DNA of 64,000 bases from Elainellaceae cyanobacterium (GTDB lineage Bacteria; Cyanobacteriota; Cyanobacteriia; CAZCXK01). The DNA lies in the NCBI GenBank assembly GCA_051117555.1, contig JBNPEG010000017.1:23763-87762 (forward strand), in the 5' to 3' direction. Shown here in pieces: positions 50,438 to 60,474 of the stretch (its first letter is position 1; every line of letters begins with the position of its first letter). The notes beneath the pieces are model-generated. The model ran no database searches. It had not been told where the DNA came from and worked only from the letters and a program-made list of their open reading frames with translations. The translations under genes and the position numbers were made by a program.

Positions 50438-50804
50438 GCAACCTGTGTTTTAGATTGTTCTGATGATTGGCTCAAAAATTGTAGATACGGGCATGATTAT
50501 CAGGCACAAATCAAGACACAAGGATGATAGATATCTGCTCTAGTGCCGGTTATGGCTCGATCCAGATATGATTTGCCAGGTCAATTTTGGGTTTCTTGAA
50601 GTAACCCGCTATTATAAAAAATTGTTGGCAATATTTCGTCTGATTTAATGTAGATTTCGCAAATCTGCCATTTTGCTCCTGGTATTCTCCTAACTTTGTG
50701 AAAAACTGTAAGGTGAGGACGTTAAGCTTGACTTTAACACCTCTACCGAACGTATCTAGCCACTTCGATAGAGTAAATAGACCAGCAAAGAGGGACTTAG
50801 AACT

Positions 50805-51965
50805 ATGAAAGCCATGATTTTGGCCGCTGGCAAGGGAACACGGGTTCGACCCATTACGTATACGATTCCCAAGCCGTTGATCCCGATCTTGCAAAAGCCA
50901 GTAATGGAATTTCTGCTTGAGCTTTTGCGTCAACACGGGTTCGACCAGATTATGGTCAATGTCAGCCATCTCGCAAACGAGATCGAAGGCTATTTTCGAG
51001 ATGGTCAACGATTTGGTGTTCAGATTGCCTACTCCTTTGAAGGGCGAATTGAAGAGGGCGAACTCATCGGTGAAGCGCTAGGGTCTGCCGGTGGAATGAA
51101 GCGCATTCAAGAATTCAAACCCTTCTTCGATGACACGTTCATTGTGCTGTGCGGCGATGCGCTGATCGATCTTGATTTATCATCTGCCGTGAAATGGCAC
51201 CGGGAAAAGGGCGCGATCGCCACAGTGGTCATGAAGCCAGTTCCCCGCGAAGAAGTGCCCAGCTATGGGGTAGTCGTCACTGACGAAAACGGACTTATCA
51301 AAACCTTCCAGGAAAAGCCGTCCGTCGAAGAAGCGAAGAGCACTGACATCAACACAGGAATTTATATCTTCGAACCAGAAATTTTTGACTATATCCCCTC
51401 TGGAGAGAAGTTTGACATTGGGGGCGATCTGTTCCCGAAGCTGGTTCAGTCTAGTGCTCCTTTCTATGGCGTATCAATGGACTTTGAATGGGTCGACATC
51501 GGTAAGGTGCCCGACTACTGGCACGCCATCCGCGGAGTGCTGGCAGGTGAGGTCAAAAACGTCCAGATTCCGGGTACTGAGGTTCGTCCTGGGGTCTATA
51601 CTGGCTTAAATGTTGCAGTCGACTGGGATAAGGTTGAAATTCAAGGGCCGGTTTACATCGGCGGGATGACTCGTATTGATGATGGTGCCAAAATTATAGG
51701 CCCCACCATGATCGGGCCAAGCTGCCACATTTGCGGTGGAGCCACGATTGACAACAGTGTCATCTTTGAATATTCTCGCATCGGCCCAGGAGCGCTGTTG
51801 GCAAATAAGCTGGTGTTTGGTCGCTACTGTGTTGATAAGACGGGCGCTTCGGTGGATGTGCAGGCAGCCGCTCTTGACTGGCTAATCACCGATACTCGGC
51901 AATCTCCGCCGCCTCACACTGCGCCAGAACGGCAGGCGATCGCCGAATTGCTAGGGCACGGGTAA
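50805..51965 (+). CDS. cugP: NDP-sugar pyrophosphorylase (cyanobacterial UDP-glucose pyrophosphorylase type)
   Basis: MKAMILAAGKGTRVRPIT, FQEKP, C-terminal left-handed beta helix. Confidence 0.85.
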   Translation: MKAMILAAGKGTRVRPITYTIPKPLIPILQKPVMEFLLELLRQHGFDQIMVNVSHLANEIEGYFRDGQRFGVQIAYSFEGRIEEGELIGEALGSAGGMKRIQEFKPFFDDTFIVLCGDALIDLDLSSAVKWHREKGAIATVVMKPVPREEVPSYGVVVTDENGLIKTFQEKPSVEEAKSTDINTGIYIFEPEIFDYIPSGEKFDIGGDLFPKLVQSSAPFYGVSMDFEWVDIGKVPDYWHAIRGVLAGEVKNVQIPGTEVRPGVYTGLNVAVDWDKVEIQGPVYIGGMTRIDDGAKIIGPTMIGPSCHICGGATIDNSVIFEYSRIGPGALLANKLVFGRYCVDKTGASVDVQAAALDWLITDTRQSPPPHTAPERQAIAELLGHG

Positions 51966-52109
51966 GGCTTATTCTGGCTTGACGCATTGTCTTCATGGAT
52001 TTTATCTTCATGGATTTTAAGGGGCATCTTAACTGATGCCCCTGCTTGATGTAGCCGTGTGAGCTTTGTTTCGTGCGTTCGACGTCACTCAGGCGCACAC
52101 CCCTAAAGA

Positions 52110-54089
52110 TTACGCACTCACGAAGCTGCTCTCACTAATCGAATTGAGATTGGTATTCCGGAGGGTTGCTAGCTGATCTCTGCCAGCCCGAATCAGAAGA
52201 TTGCGGCCATCCTGTTCGAAGGTGAGATCATCGAAGCTGAGCTGCTCAGATAAACCAAGGCGATCGGCTCGTTGGAAACTCCGGATCAGGTCAGTACCTG
52301 CCCCTCTAGACAGCACGAAGATATCTGCGCCACCCCCACCAATTAGGAGGTCATTTCCTGCCCCCCCGTCAAGAATGTCGTTTCCAGAACCACCCCGGAG
52401 AGTATCATTACCGCCACCCCCGAGTAGGATGTCATCTCCAGCACCGCCGAGTAGCGTATCTCCGCTCACGCCGCCAGAGAGAATGTCATCGCCTCCTCGA
52501 CCTACGAGGCGATCGCGACCTCCGCCCCCTTCAAAGCGATCGGTTTCACGACCTCCAATCAGGCGATCGCCCCGACCATTACCAAACACCGTGCCGTTGA
52601 CGACTCCTTGTGAACCATCGTACAGATCTTGTCCACCCGTAAGATTTACATCCCCTTCGATGGTGCCCTGGTTAATGATGGTGATATTGCCTTGAGCGTC
52701 GCCCGCTTCGATGGCAAGCAACCCTCCGTCAGACAGTCCACCTAGAATGGTGCCTGTATTGATAATCTGACCATTGAAGCGCACGGCATCGTCAATAAAC
52801 AGAGCCGCGCCGTTCTCAGCGGCCAGAGTACCCGAGTTTTCGATATTGCCATTAAAGACTGATATATCGGCAGGTTCGCTGGGGCTATGATAAAGCTGAA
52901 TGGCTGCCGATTGATTGTCGCCGATGGCGACGCCCCGTCCTTGAATCAAACCAGCGTTGATAATAGATCCGGTGATATTGGCGCCAAGCTCAAAGGCGAT
53001 CGCGTCTCCATCATTACCTTCGCCCACATCGATAATGCCTGTTTCTAGGTTTTGCACCGAATAGTTGTTTGCTGTGACATCACTGTAAACGGTGCCATTA
53101 CGAGGGCTATCACTCGTTGTAATGAGTCCTTCGTTAATAATCGTATTCTGGTTGCCGCCGATGTTGATGGCACGACTGGTGCTAGTGATGGTGCCTAGAT
53201 TTCGCACAATTCCCGACACTTGCCCGCCATTATCGAAACTGATGCCGTCTCGCCCTCCGTTAATTAGCCCCGTGTTAACAATTTCTCCATTAAGCTGGCT
53301 ACCATTTTCAAGGCGAATGCCAACACCATTTTCCGGATTTGGACTTTCAATCGTGCCACCGTTAATGATAGAACCGTTCAACACCACACCATCTTCGATG
53401 ACAACTGCCGGACCATTCTCAGCCGACAGAAGCCCAACATTCACGATTGAGCCCGTAAATGTTGATGTTCCTTGGACTCCGCCGCCTAAATATAAGCGAA
53501 CGGCTGACGATTGATTATTGCCCACTGCTACACCGCGACCGTAGATGGTGCCTTCATTGAAAACCTCGCCGCTGACCTGAGATCCGAGTTCTAACGAAAT
53601 AGCATCTCCATCATTGCCTTCACCGACATCAACAATACCCGTTGATAGATTGCGAATGACTATGTTTGGGGCGGTGACATCGCCGTAGATGGTGCCATTA
53701 CGAGGGCTAGAATCTGTGCGAATTTCACCCGTGTTGATAACTGTATTCAGCAATCCACCCAGGTTAATGGCACGACTATCACTCGTAATAGTGCCGTTGT
53801 TGAAAATCGTGGCAGAAAATTGCCCGCCATTTTCGACATTGATACCGTTGAAGGCTCCATCAATCAAGCCATCATTGGTAATGGTAGAATCGATGCCTTC
53901 CGCTTGGATTGCGGTTCCATCGCTTTGGATGACTCCGCCTAGCTCAACATCAACTAGATTTTGGCTACTTTGGATCAGGACACCCGGATCGGCGATGATT
54001 TGTCCTTCGACGGTGACGGAATCACCGGGGTTCAAGAGTTCTACGCCATCAGTGTTGACTTGTCCGCTTGGAATGATGATATCTGGCAT
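52110..54089 (-). CDS. RTX-type Ca-binding secreted protein with a duplicated beta-helical region
   Basis: GGxGxD nonapeptides at the C-terminus and repeated N.G.I motifs. Start set at the ATG after GGAG. Confidence 0.88.
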   Translation of the reverse strand: MPDIIIPSGQVNTDGVELLNPGDSVTVEGQIIADPGVLIQSSQNLVDVELGGVIQSDGTAIQAEGIDSTITNDGLIDGAFNGINVENGGQFSATIFNNGTITSDSRAINLGGLLNTVINTGEIRTDSSPRNGTIYGDVTAPNIVIRNLSTGIVDVGEGNDGDAISLELGSQVSGEVFNEGTIYGRGVAVGNNQSSAVRLYLGGGVQGTSTFTGSIVNVGLLSAENGPAVVIEDGVVLNGSIINGGTIESPNPENGVGIRLENGSQLNGEIVNTGLINGGRDGISFDNGGQVSGIVRNLGTITSTSRAINIGGNQNTIINEGLITTSDSPRNGTVYSDVTANNYSVQNLETGIIDVGEGNDGDAIAFELGANITGSIINAGLIQGRGVAIGDNQSAAIQLYHSPSEPADISVFNGNIENSGTLAAENGAALFIDDAVRFNGQIINTGTILGGLSDGGLLAIEAGDAQGNITIINQGTIEGDVNLTGGQDLYDGSQGVVNGTVFGNGRGDRLIGGRETDRFEGGGGRDRLVGRGGDDILSGGVSGDTLLGGAGDDILLGGGGNDTLRGGSGNDILDGGAGNDLLIGGGGADIFVLSRGAGTDLIRSFQRADRLGLSEQLSFDDLTFEQDGRNLLIRAGRDQLATLRNTNLNSISESSFVSA

Positions 54090-54704
54090 GATTGATACTC
54101 CGTTGTAGAAATGAGGTTTGACTGGATTAACAATCAACTCCCCGCACATCAGACCTCGCTTAGTGAAGTGCGCACCAGCCTCCATACCCACCGTTTTGAC
54201 AGCACAAACCGAACGACACGGGTCGATTAGGTCTAACGGGCAGGATAGATTGGCAAAATGCTCGGTGAACTGACTCGCCAGGTAGAGGGCTAGCTTCGAC
54301 AATCGAGAGCCTTCATCAGGAGAATCAATTCGGATTTAGAGGATCTAAGGACTCAACCTCGGGCGATCGCAGGCAATTCTTTGGATGTGTAACAGAAAGA
54401 GCATCGCTGTTTTACAGTCCATTCCTGCGAGCCAACGGTGTGAGCAAAGGGGAATGTTTTCTGAGTGCGTTGGGGTTGAATGCTTACAGTCTTAGTTGTA
54501 CAGGTTTGGCTTAGGTCGGTCGATACAGGAATGTTATGGAGTCGAATAAAGCATCCCAATTACCCTGGCAGAAACCCACGATGATGTCTGGAGGGCATGG
54601 ATTGCAGCAATTTCACTAAAATCTAAAACGACAACATCGTGAGGCAGTCCAATTTTGTTTCACTCATCAAACTGATCAGAGTGAAACAAAGTGAGACGAT
54701 TCAA

Positions 54705-54887
54705 CAGGACTTACGCAAACCCTACGCTAAACCTAGTGGTTTGAAATGCCTAAATTAGTGCAAATCCTTAAAGGGCTGAAGCTCTTGAATCCGGTGCGTT
54801 ACGCTGCGCTAACGACACCCTACCTAATGTACTATTTTAGCTGTGCCACGCCACTAGGTTCAAGAATGGGAATTTGCATACGTCCTG
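54705..54887. mobile_element. Nested MITE: CAGGACTTACGCA-type element containing the 125-bp element (54733-54857)
   Basis: Outer ends CAGGACTTACGCA / TGCATACGTCCTG flanked by TTCAA. Inner ends CTAGTGG...CCACTAG. Confidence 0.75.
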
Positions 54888-54957
54888 TTCAATTCTGAGG
54901 TATCTTGTAATCATCCCTTTATTCAGCAACGCTTTTTATAGGATTGCGCGTCTCATT

Positions 54958-56019
54958 TCAAACCTCTTGTAACGTATCTGACTCGTCCGTCGAGATTACT
55001 CGAACCATATCTGAAATACGTTTCACAGAACTTGCCGATGGCACGGCCAATAGCAAGCCTAGAATACCTCCCAGTTTGACCCCAACCAGTAGAGACACCA
55101 CAACTACTGCTGGATTCAAACCAGTAATACCGCCTAGTAATCTTGGAGCAACAACATTATCGTTGAGTTGCCCAAGGATAATAGATGCAATAAGAACTTT
55201 ACTTCCCAACCAAACATCTTGAAACGTCAGCAACAGACTCACGATCAGGATGGCAACTGTTCCGCCAAACGGAATCACGCTTGCAATCCCGATGCCAAGA
55301 CCAAATAGAAGCCCGAACGGAACGTTTAAGGCAATAAAAGCAAGAGAAAGGGCAATGCTTAAAATTGATGCAATGATGGCCTGTCCGACGAAGTAGCCTT
55401 GGAAGCTTTTTTGGAGCGACGTCTTAACTTTATTGTTCCAGTTTGGTGGAAGCCAGCTCAGGAAACCATTCCAAAGCCGTTTGCCATTGAGAACCAGCAA
55501 AATAGTCAGGACAATTGTGACCAGTAAATTAACTGCACTGTTGATTGTATCGAGGGTGAGAGAAATAACTTGACTGGTTAGAGATTTGAGCGTAGTTGAA
55601 AGCTGTTTGGTAAATTGGGTCGTGATTTCAGTAAAGTCAATTGGGAGATATTGAAGGATAGATTGCTCGTCTAGGGAAAGTAGTTGTTTTCTACCTTCCT
55701 CAATCCAAATGGGTAATCGATTGGCAAATTCTACCAGTTGCTGAAAAACCAGGGGACCCACAAACAGTCCTACGATGCTGAAGATAAAAAGGGCTGACAG
55801 TAAGACTAATGCGATCGCCCATCCCCGTTTCACATCCTGTTTTTCTAAGAAGCTGATCGGATAGTCTAGTAAAAATGCAATCAGGCTGGCCGTTAAAACG
55901 ATATTGGTAATAGGTTGCAAATATTCGAGTGCTAAGAGAATGAGCCAACCATTTACAAAGATTATGGGAAATGCAAAGCCAATAGTCAGCCAGCGAGGAA
56001 ATTTTTGATCGGAAAACAT
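54958..56019 (-). CDS. AI-2E family transporter
   Basis: AFLLDYP, IPFGG, DNVVAPRLLG...GLNP. Confidence 0.92.
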   Translation of the reverse strand: MFSDQKFPRWLTIGFAFPIIFVNGWLILLALEYLQPITNIVLTASLIAFLLDYPISFLEKQDVKRGWAIALVLLSALFIFSIVGLFVGPLVFQQLVEFANRLPIWIEEGRKQLLSLDEQSILQYLPIDFTEITTQFTKQLSTTLKSLTSQVISLTLDTINSAVNLLVTIVLTILLVLNGKRLWNGFLSWLPPNWNNKVKTSLQKSFQGYFVGQAIIASILSIALSLAFIALNVPFGLLFGLGIGIASVIPFGGTVAILIVSLLLTFQDVWLGSKVLIASIILGQLNDNVVAPRLLGGITGLNPAVVVVSLLVGVKLGGILGLLLAVPSASSVKRISDMVRVISTDESDTLQEV

Positions 56020-56114
56020 GTTGTGCCTCAGACATGAGGAGGGATGATTATGATTACTTTATCGTAATCTTTCTGAGGGCATGACGACTTTAGGCGCGAT
56101 CGCCTGTCGTGTCT

Positions 56115-57635
56115 TTATAGAGAACGACTAGGGGATGACTGTTGAGCAGTTTGAATAGATTGAGTAGGCTGTTGAACGTCGGGATTAAATGCAAGCCCAA
56201 GCTGGGCACGAAACTCGTCGTCATAGTTTGCCAACGCCCAGTTTTTAGCTTGCTTAATCTGCTCAGGAGTCAGCCCGATCGCGTCCGTGAGGTCAGCCCC
56301 ATTCAAATCAGTTTGGGTTAGGACTGCATTGGTGAGATCGGCTTGGCGAAGAATCGCACCCGTCAGGTCAGCTCCGATCAGCTCAGTGTTATTAAGGAGG
56401 GCGTTGGTGAGATTTGCGCTTCGCAGGTTGGCACACTGTTTGGGGCGATCGCTGTCAGCGGTGATTCCTTGAGTAGAGCCCTCACCTGACAGGGGCTGGC
56501 AGTTGAGTTTTGCGCCCGTTAAATCTGCCTCAACGAGAGTTGCTTTTCTCAGATTAATGCCATTGAGCGTTGCATTCATGAGCTGTGCACGATTCAAGGT
56601 TGCATCACTCAACTCAACAAGGTTTAGGGTCTTGCCGACTAAATTTGCCTCCGTATCGATTCGGTAGGTGTTCGCATTTTCCAAGATGGATCGAGACGCT
56701 TCAGTTGCGATACCCCGAAGAGTTGCATCATTGTACTGAACGCCATCTAATATAGTTTGGCTCAAATCCGCATTCCCCAATACGGCATTGGTAAGATTGG
56801 CTCCGCTGAGATTAGCATTTTCCAATCGATTCACCTCACAACCAGTGCCAAGCGTCGAATCACATGAAAAATCAATGCGTTGGAGGTCGGCATTATTTAA
56901 TTGAGCATTTCTAAGAATTGCGCCCTGGAGCTTAGCCTCTGAAAGCCTTGCACGCTGTAGTTGAGCACCCGTTAAATCTGCATTTTGCAGGAATGCTCCC
57001 CACAAGCCTGCACCCTGCATTCGGGCATTCTTAAGTTCAGCAGACTGGAGGTTAATCTCGGGGAGAAATGCTCCTTCGACGGCGAGTCCGCGCAGGCTAA
57101 TGCAGTCTGGCATAAAATTCTGAACTACGGGAAATTTTCGTAGGGTTTCTCCCATCTCGCCATACGCGCATCCTGCGGTCAGGGTTTGCAGTGCCTCAAT
57201 ACGTCCAGCACTTTCTGTCAGTTCTCTAGCATCTCGAACGGTTTCCCAGGCTCGGTTATGAGCTTCCTTCTTGCGCGTATCGGCTTCTGCGATGAAGAGA
57301 ATCAGCCCGGCAAGGATTGTAAATTGCCCAAGGAAGGACGCAGTTTGAGCGAGGGTGTTGACAACGGCTTTGACTCCCCGTGCCGATCGCTGCTGGTAGG
57401 CTTCAAACATTGCGTAGTAGCGATCGGTCGGGATTTCTGAATCCTTGGCATACTGAATCAGCTTGTAATCTCGTTCAATCGGGTCACCCACACGATGCAG
57501 TTCAGCAAATTCTCGATGGACTTTCTGCCAACCTTCTTTGGTTAATTCGGTGGAAGACTGACTGGGCATCTGAGACGGGGGCAAGGGGGGCTGAACATCA
57601 GACTGACCCAAATTTTGAGGGGGGTTGCTGGTCAT
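56115..57635 (-). CDS. Pentapeptide repeat protein with an N-terminal TM helix
   Basis: Extensive A[DN]LxX repeats. Confidence 0.92.
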   Translation of the reverse strand: MTSNPPQNLGQSDVQPPLPPSQMPSQSSTELTKEGWQKVHREFAELHRVGDPIERDYKLIQYAKDSEIPTDRYYAMFEAYQQRSARGVKAVVNTLAQTASFLGQFTILAGLILFIAEADTRKKEAHNRAWETVRDARELTESAGRIEALQTLTAGCAYGEMGETLRKFPVVQNFMPDCISLRGLAVEGAFLPEINLQSAELKNARMQGAGLWGAFLQNADLTGAQLQRARLSEAKLQGAILRNAQLNNADLQRIDFSCDSTLGTGCEVNRLENANLSGANLTNAVLGNADLSQTILDGVQYNDATLRGIATEASRSILENANTYRIDTEANLVGKTLNLVELSDATLNRAQLMNATLNGINLRKATLVEADLTGAKLNCQPLSGEGSTQGITADSDRPKQCANLRSANLTNALLNNTELIGADLTGAILRQADLTNAVLTQTDLNGADLTDAIGLTPEQIKQAKNWALANYDDEFRAQLGLAFNPDVQQPTQSIQTAQQSSPSRSL

Positions 57636-57798
57636 CGGTCATTCCTTGAATGGCGGATTACAGATTCGGATGCGTGCTTGATAGCAAGTTTAATAAGTCT
57701 ACGTTGAAGTAATACAGTCACTCAGTAGATGATTTCGCGAAGTTCTCAAGCAATCTCAGCAAATTCGGTCAAGTCCAGTCAAATGCCCGCTCCCATTA

Positions 57799-59067
57799 CT
57801 AATCATCTTGGCTTTTATTAAAACGTGAACTTGCTTGATTGAGAATGCGGAGGATGACAATTGCGAGAATGACACTTGACGAAAGCCCGACCCAAAAGCT
57901 GTGAGCTACCCACGAAGACTGGTCGAGTGCCCATCCGCCCAACGGAGGCCCTATGAAATATCCGATCGCCCAACATTGAGAATTGATTGATAAATAAATG
58001 CCGCGCAGCGAGTCGGGTGCTAAATCAACTACAAATGCTGATGCTGAGGGAAGATAGGTGACAGTGGCGATCGCCAACACACCCAGCGCCAGAGATGTCC
58101 ACAGAATTGGGAGGTTCACAACGATTCCGGTGGCAGCAATCAGCAGAAACCCAACCCCCCACAGCAACGCCGAGAAAGTCAGCGCTGTAGGGCGCACAAA
58201 GCGATTGAGCCATCGCGCGATTGGCAGTTGCAGCACCGCAGTCAAGACAACGTGCCAAGTAAACAGGGCACTAATTGTGGAGGCCGAAAACCCGTCTCCG
58301 TTTTCACCGGTCGATACGAAGTTGCTGAAATAGAGCGGCATCGTGCTTTGCACCTGAGACAGATACGTGGTGAATAGCACATTCACTGCCACAAACAACC
58401 ATAAGACGCGATCGCCCAATACTACCCGCCATCCACTCAGCAGATGACCATCCGAATCGGTCGAGGCAAGCGTTTCTGAAATGGCGACGTAGATAATCGC
58501 AAAGAACAGCAGATAGGTGATGCCATCAATCACAAACAGCGCGCGATAGGCTCCCGTTGCTTCAACGAGCGCGCCGCCCAGCACCACCCCCAAACTAAGC
58601 CCAATGCTGTCAGCAAGTCGCACCAACCCAAAGGCTTCGTTTCGTTCCTCGCCGGTGGTGAGGTCGGCAACTACGGCCTCGGTTGCAGGCCAATAGAGCC
58701 CAATACCCACTCCCATGAGCAAATTTCCTAATAGCAAGGTAGGGAAGTCATAGGCGATCGCCAGCGCCACGTCTGCTACAGCCGAGATTGCCGCCGATAA
58801 CAACAGCGTGCGCCGCCGCCCCCACCGCTGGGAGTCTGCTGACATCCCACCCACAAATCGCCCCACAACGCCCGATATCGAACCGCTGCCAATTGCAATT
58901 CCGACTACCGTGGCAGACAATCCGACCTGATTGACAAAGAAAATAGGAGCATAGAATAGAGTAAATCCGTTGCCAAACTGAGAGAGGAGCCGCCCAAATG
59001 ACAGAATCCAAACGCGCCGATCGAGATTGGGGAACCAAGAAATAATCCGTTGAGTTAAAGATTTCAT
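57799..59067 (-). CDS. MFS transporter
   Basis: About 12 TM segments and a D..RWGRR loop motif. Confidence 0.93.
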   Translation of the reverse strand: MKSLTQRIISWFPNLDRRVWILSFGRLLSQFGNGFTLFYAPIFFVNQVGLSATVVGIAIGSGSISGVVGRFVGGMSADSQRWGRRRTLLLSAAISAVADVALAIAYDFPTLLLGNLLMGVGIGLYWPATEAVVADLTTGEERNEAFGLVRLADSIGLSLGVVLGGALVEATGAYRALFVIDGITYLLFFAIIYVAISETLASTDSDGHLLSGWRVVLGDRVLWLFVAVNVLFTTYLSQVQSTMPLYFSNFVSTGENGDGFSASTISALFTWHVVLTAVLQLPIARWLNRFVRPTALTFSALLWGVGFLLIAATGIVVNLPILWTSLALGVLAIATVTYLPSASAFVVDLAPDSLRGIYLSINSQCWAIGYFIGPPLGGWALDQSSWVAHSFWVGLSSSVILAIVILRILNQASSRFNKSQDD

Positions 59068-59148
59068 ACCCTCCGCCTACTCAGGAACAATCTTGTTTAT
59101 ACTGGCATCCAGTTTTACCATTCGGCTTAAATCACCCTGGTTTTTCCT

Positions 59149-60111
59149 ATGCACAATCACTGTCCCCAGTGCGATCGCCACACCCTTGACTCAAATGCTG
59201 ACTCATCGGCCAAAAATCGGGTGCTTTGGATTGCGCTGATTTTGATCGGAGGGTTTGCGGAAGGTGAGTTTGCGATGGGAATCATCAGCCACAGCTTGGC
59301 ATTGGTCGCCGAATCGGGGCATATGGTATCGGACAGCATTGCGCTCGGCATCGCGTTGCTGGCAAGCTGGATTGCCAGATTTCCTGCCTCGAATGACGCG
59401 ACATTTGGCTATCGACGCGTTGAAATTTTGGCGGCGCTGGTGAACGGCATCGGGTTAATGGGAGTTGCAGGATGGTTGGGCTGGGAAGCGATCGCCCGCC
59501 TGCATGAGCCGCATCTAGAGATTCTGAGTATTCCCATGCTGATTACTGCCCTCGTGGGGCTAGGCGTTAACGGAATCAACGTCTGGCTACTACACGGTCA
59601 CAGCCATCATGACCTCAATGTTCGAGGCGCGTTTCTGCACATGATAGCGGATGTGATGAGTTCGATTGGAGTGATTTTGGCGGCGATCGCCGTCTGGGCA
59701 TTTGACTGGATTTGGGCTGATCGGGTTGTCAGTGTGGCGGTGGCGGTGGCGATCGCGGTGGCAGCCGTTCCCCTCATTCGAGAAAGCCTGCACGTTTTGT
59801 TAGAAAAAACGCCAACCTACCTGAATCTGAGCGAGATTCAGGCTCATCTCGAAAATTTTGAAGGCGTGTTAACAGCCTCCAATATGAGGCTGTGGGCGAT
59901 CGCTCCTGGGCAAGAAACCCTCTCAGCCGCCCTAGCCGTAACGCTTTCAGACGGGCAGGCACGCGACCAGCTTTTACAACACATTCAAGCCTCATTGCGG
60001 CAAGAATTTGGGCTGCACGAGGTGGTGTTGCAAATGAGCAGCCCCGTATGGTCTAAACCCATTAATCTTTCTGAACACCGCCTCTTTGAGCACGAACATT
60101 CAGACTCTTAG
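59149..60111 (+). CDS. Cation diffusion facilitator (CzcD/ZitB-like)
   Basis: HMVSD and HMIAD metal site, TFGYRR.E, His-rich loop. Confidence 0.93.
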   Translation: MHNHCPQCDRHTLDSNADSSAKNRVLWIALILIGGFAEGEFAMGIISHSLALVAESGHMVSDSIALGIALLASWIARFPASNDATFGYRRVEILAALVNGIGLMGVAGWLGWEAIARLHEPHLEILSIPMLITALVGLGVNGINVWLLHGHSHHDLNVRGAFLHMIADVMSSIGVILAAIAVWAFDWIWADRVVSVAVAVAIAVAAVPLIRESLHVLLEKTPTYLNLSEIQAHLENFEGVLTASNMRLWAIAPGQETLSAALAVTLSDGQARDQLLQHIQASLRQEFGLHEVVLQMSSPVWSKPINLSEHRLFEHEHSDS

Positions 60112-60251
60112 GCGCTCCGCATCGCCTCAATCAGGAGAGACGAGCATGGTGTTAACGCTGCCCACACACAATATCAACACAGGTCAGCACTAAATTATCC
60201 AACGCGGCAGCATATTCTGAATCAGATCGCTGAGCAGGAGTATGACGGGAA

Positions 60252-60464
60252 GGGCGATCGCCTTTGATACTCATCCCAACGAGCGATCGCCTTGGACACA
60301 AACTTAAATGGGCGATCGCCTTTGATACACACCTCAACGAGCGATCGCCTTTGATACCCATCCCAACGAGCGATCGCCTTTCACACACACCTCAACGAGC
60401 GATCGCCTTTGATACCCATCCCAACGAGCGATCGCCTTTGATACAAACATAAATGGGCGATCGC
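60252..60464. repeat. 29-bp tandem array with a HIP1 site in each unit
   Basis: Seven units G[AG]GCGATCGCCTTTGATAC-N10 plus an eighth HIP1 site. Confidence 0.93.
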
Positions 60465-60474
60465 GGCTGACCTG

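Noticed and set aside
52201..54108. Plus-strand ORFs opposite the RTX gene, and other antisense ORFs in the track
   Set aside because: Shadow frames of real genes.
54090..54302. N-terminal extension of the RTX ORF, or a riboswitch in its leader
   Set aside because: A better ATG with GGAG exists at 54089, and no riboswitch consensus was recognised.
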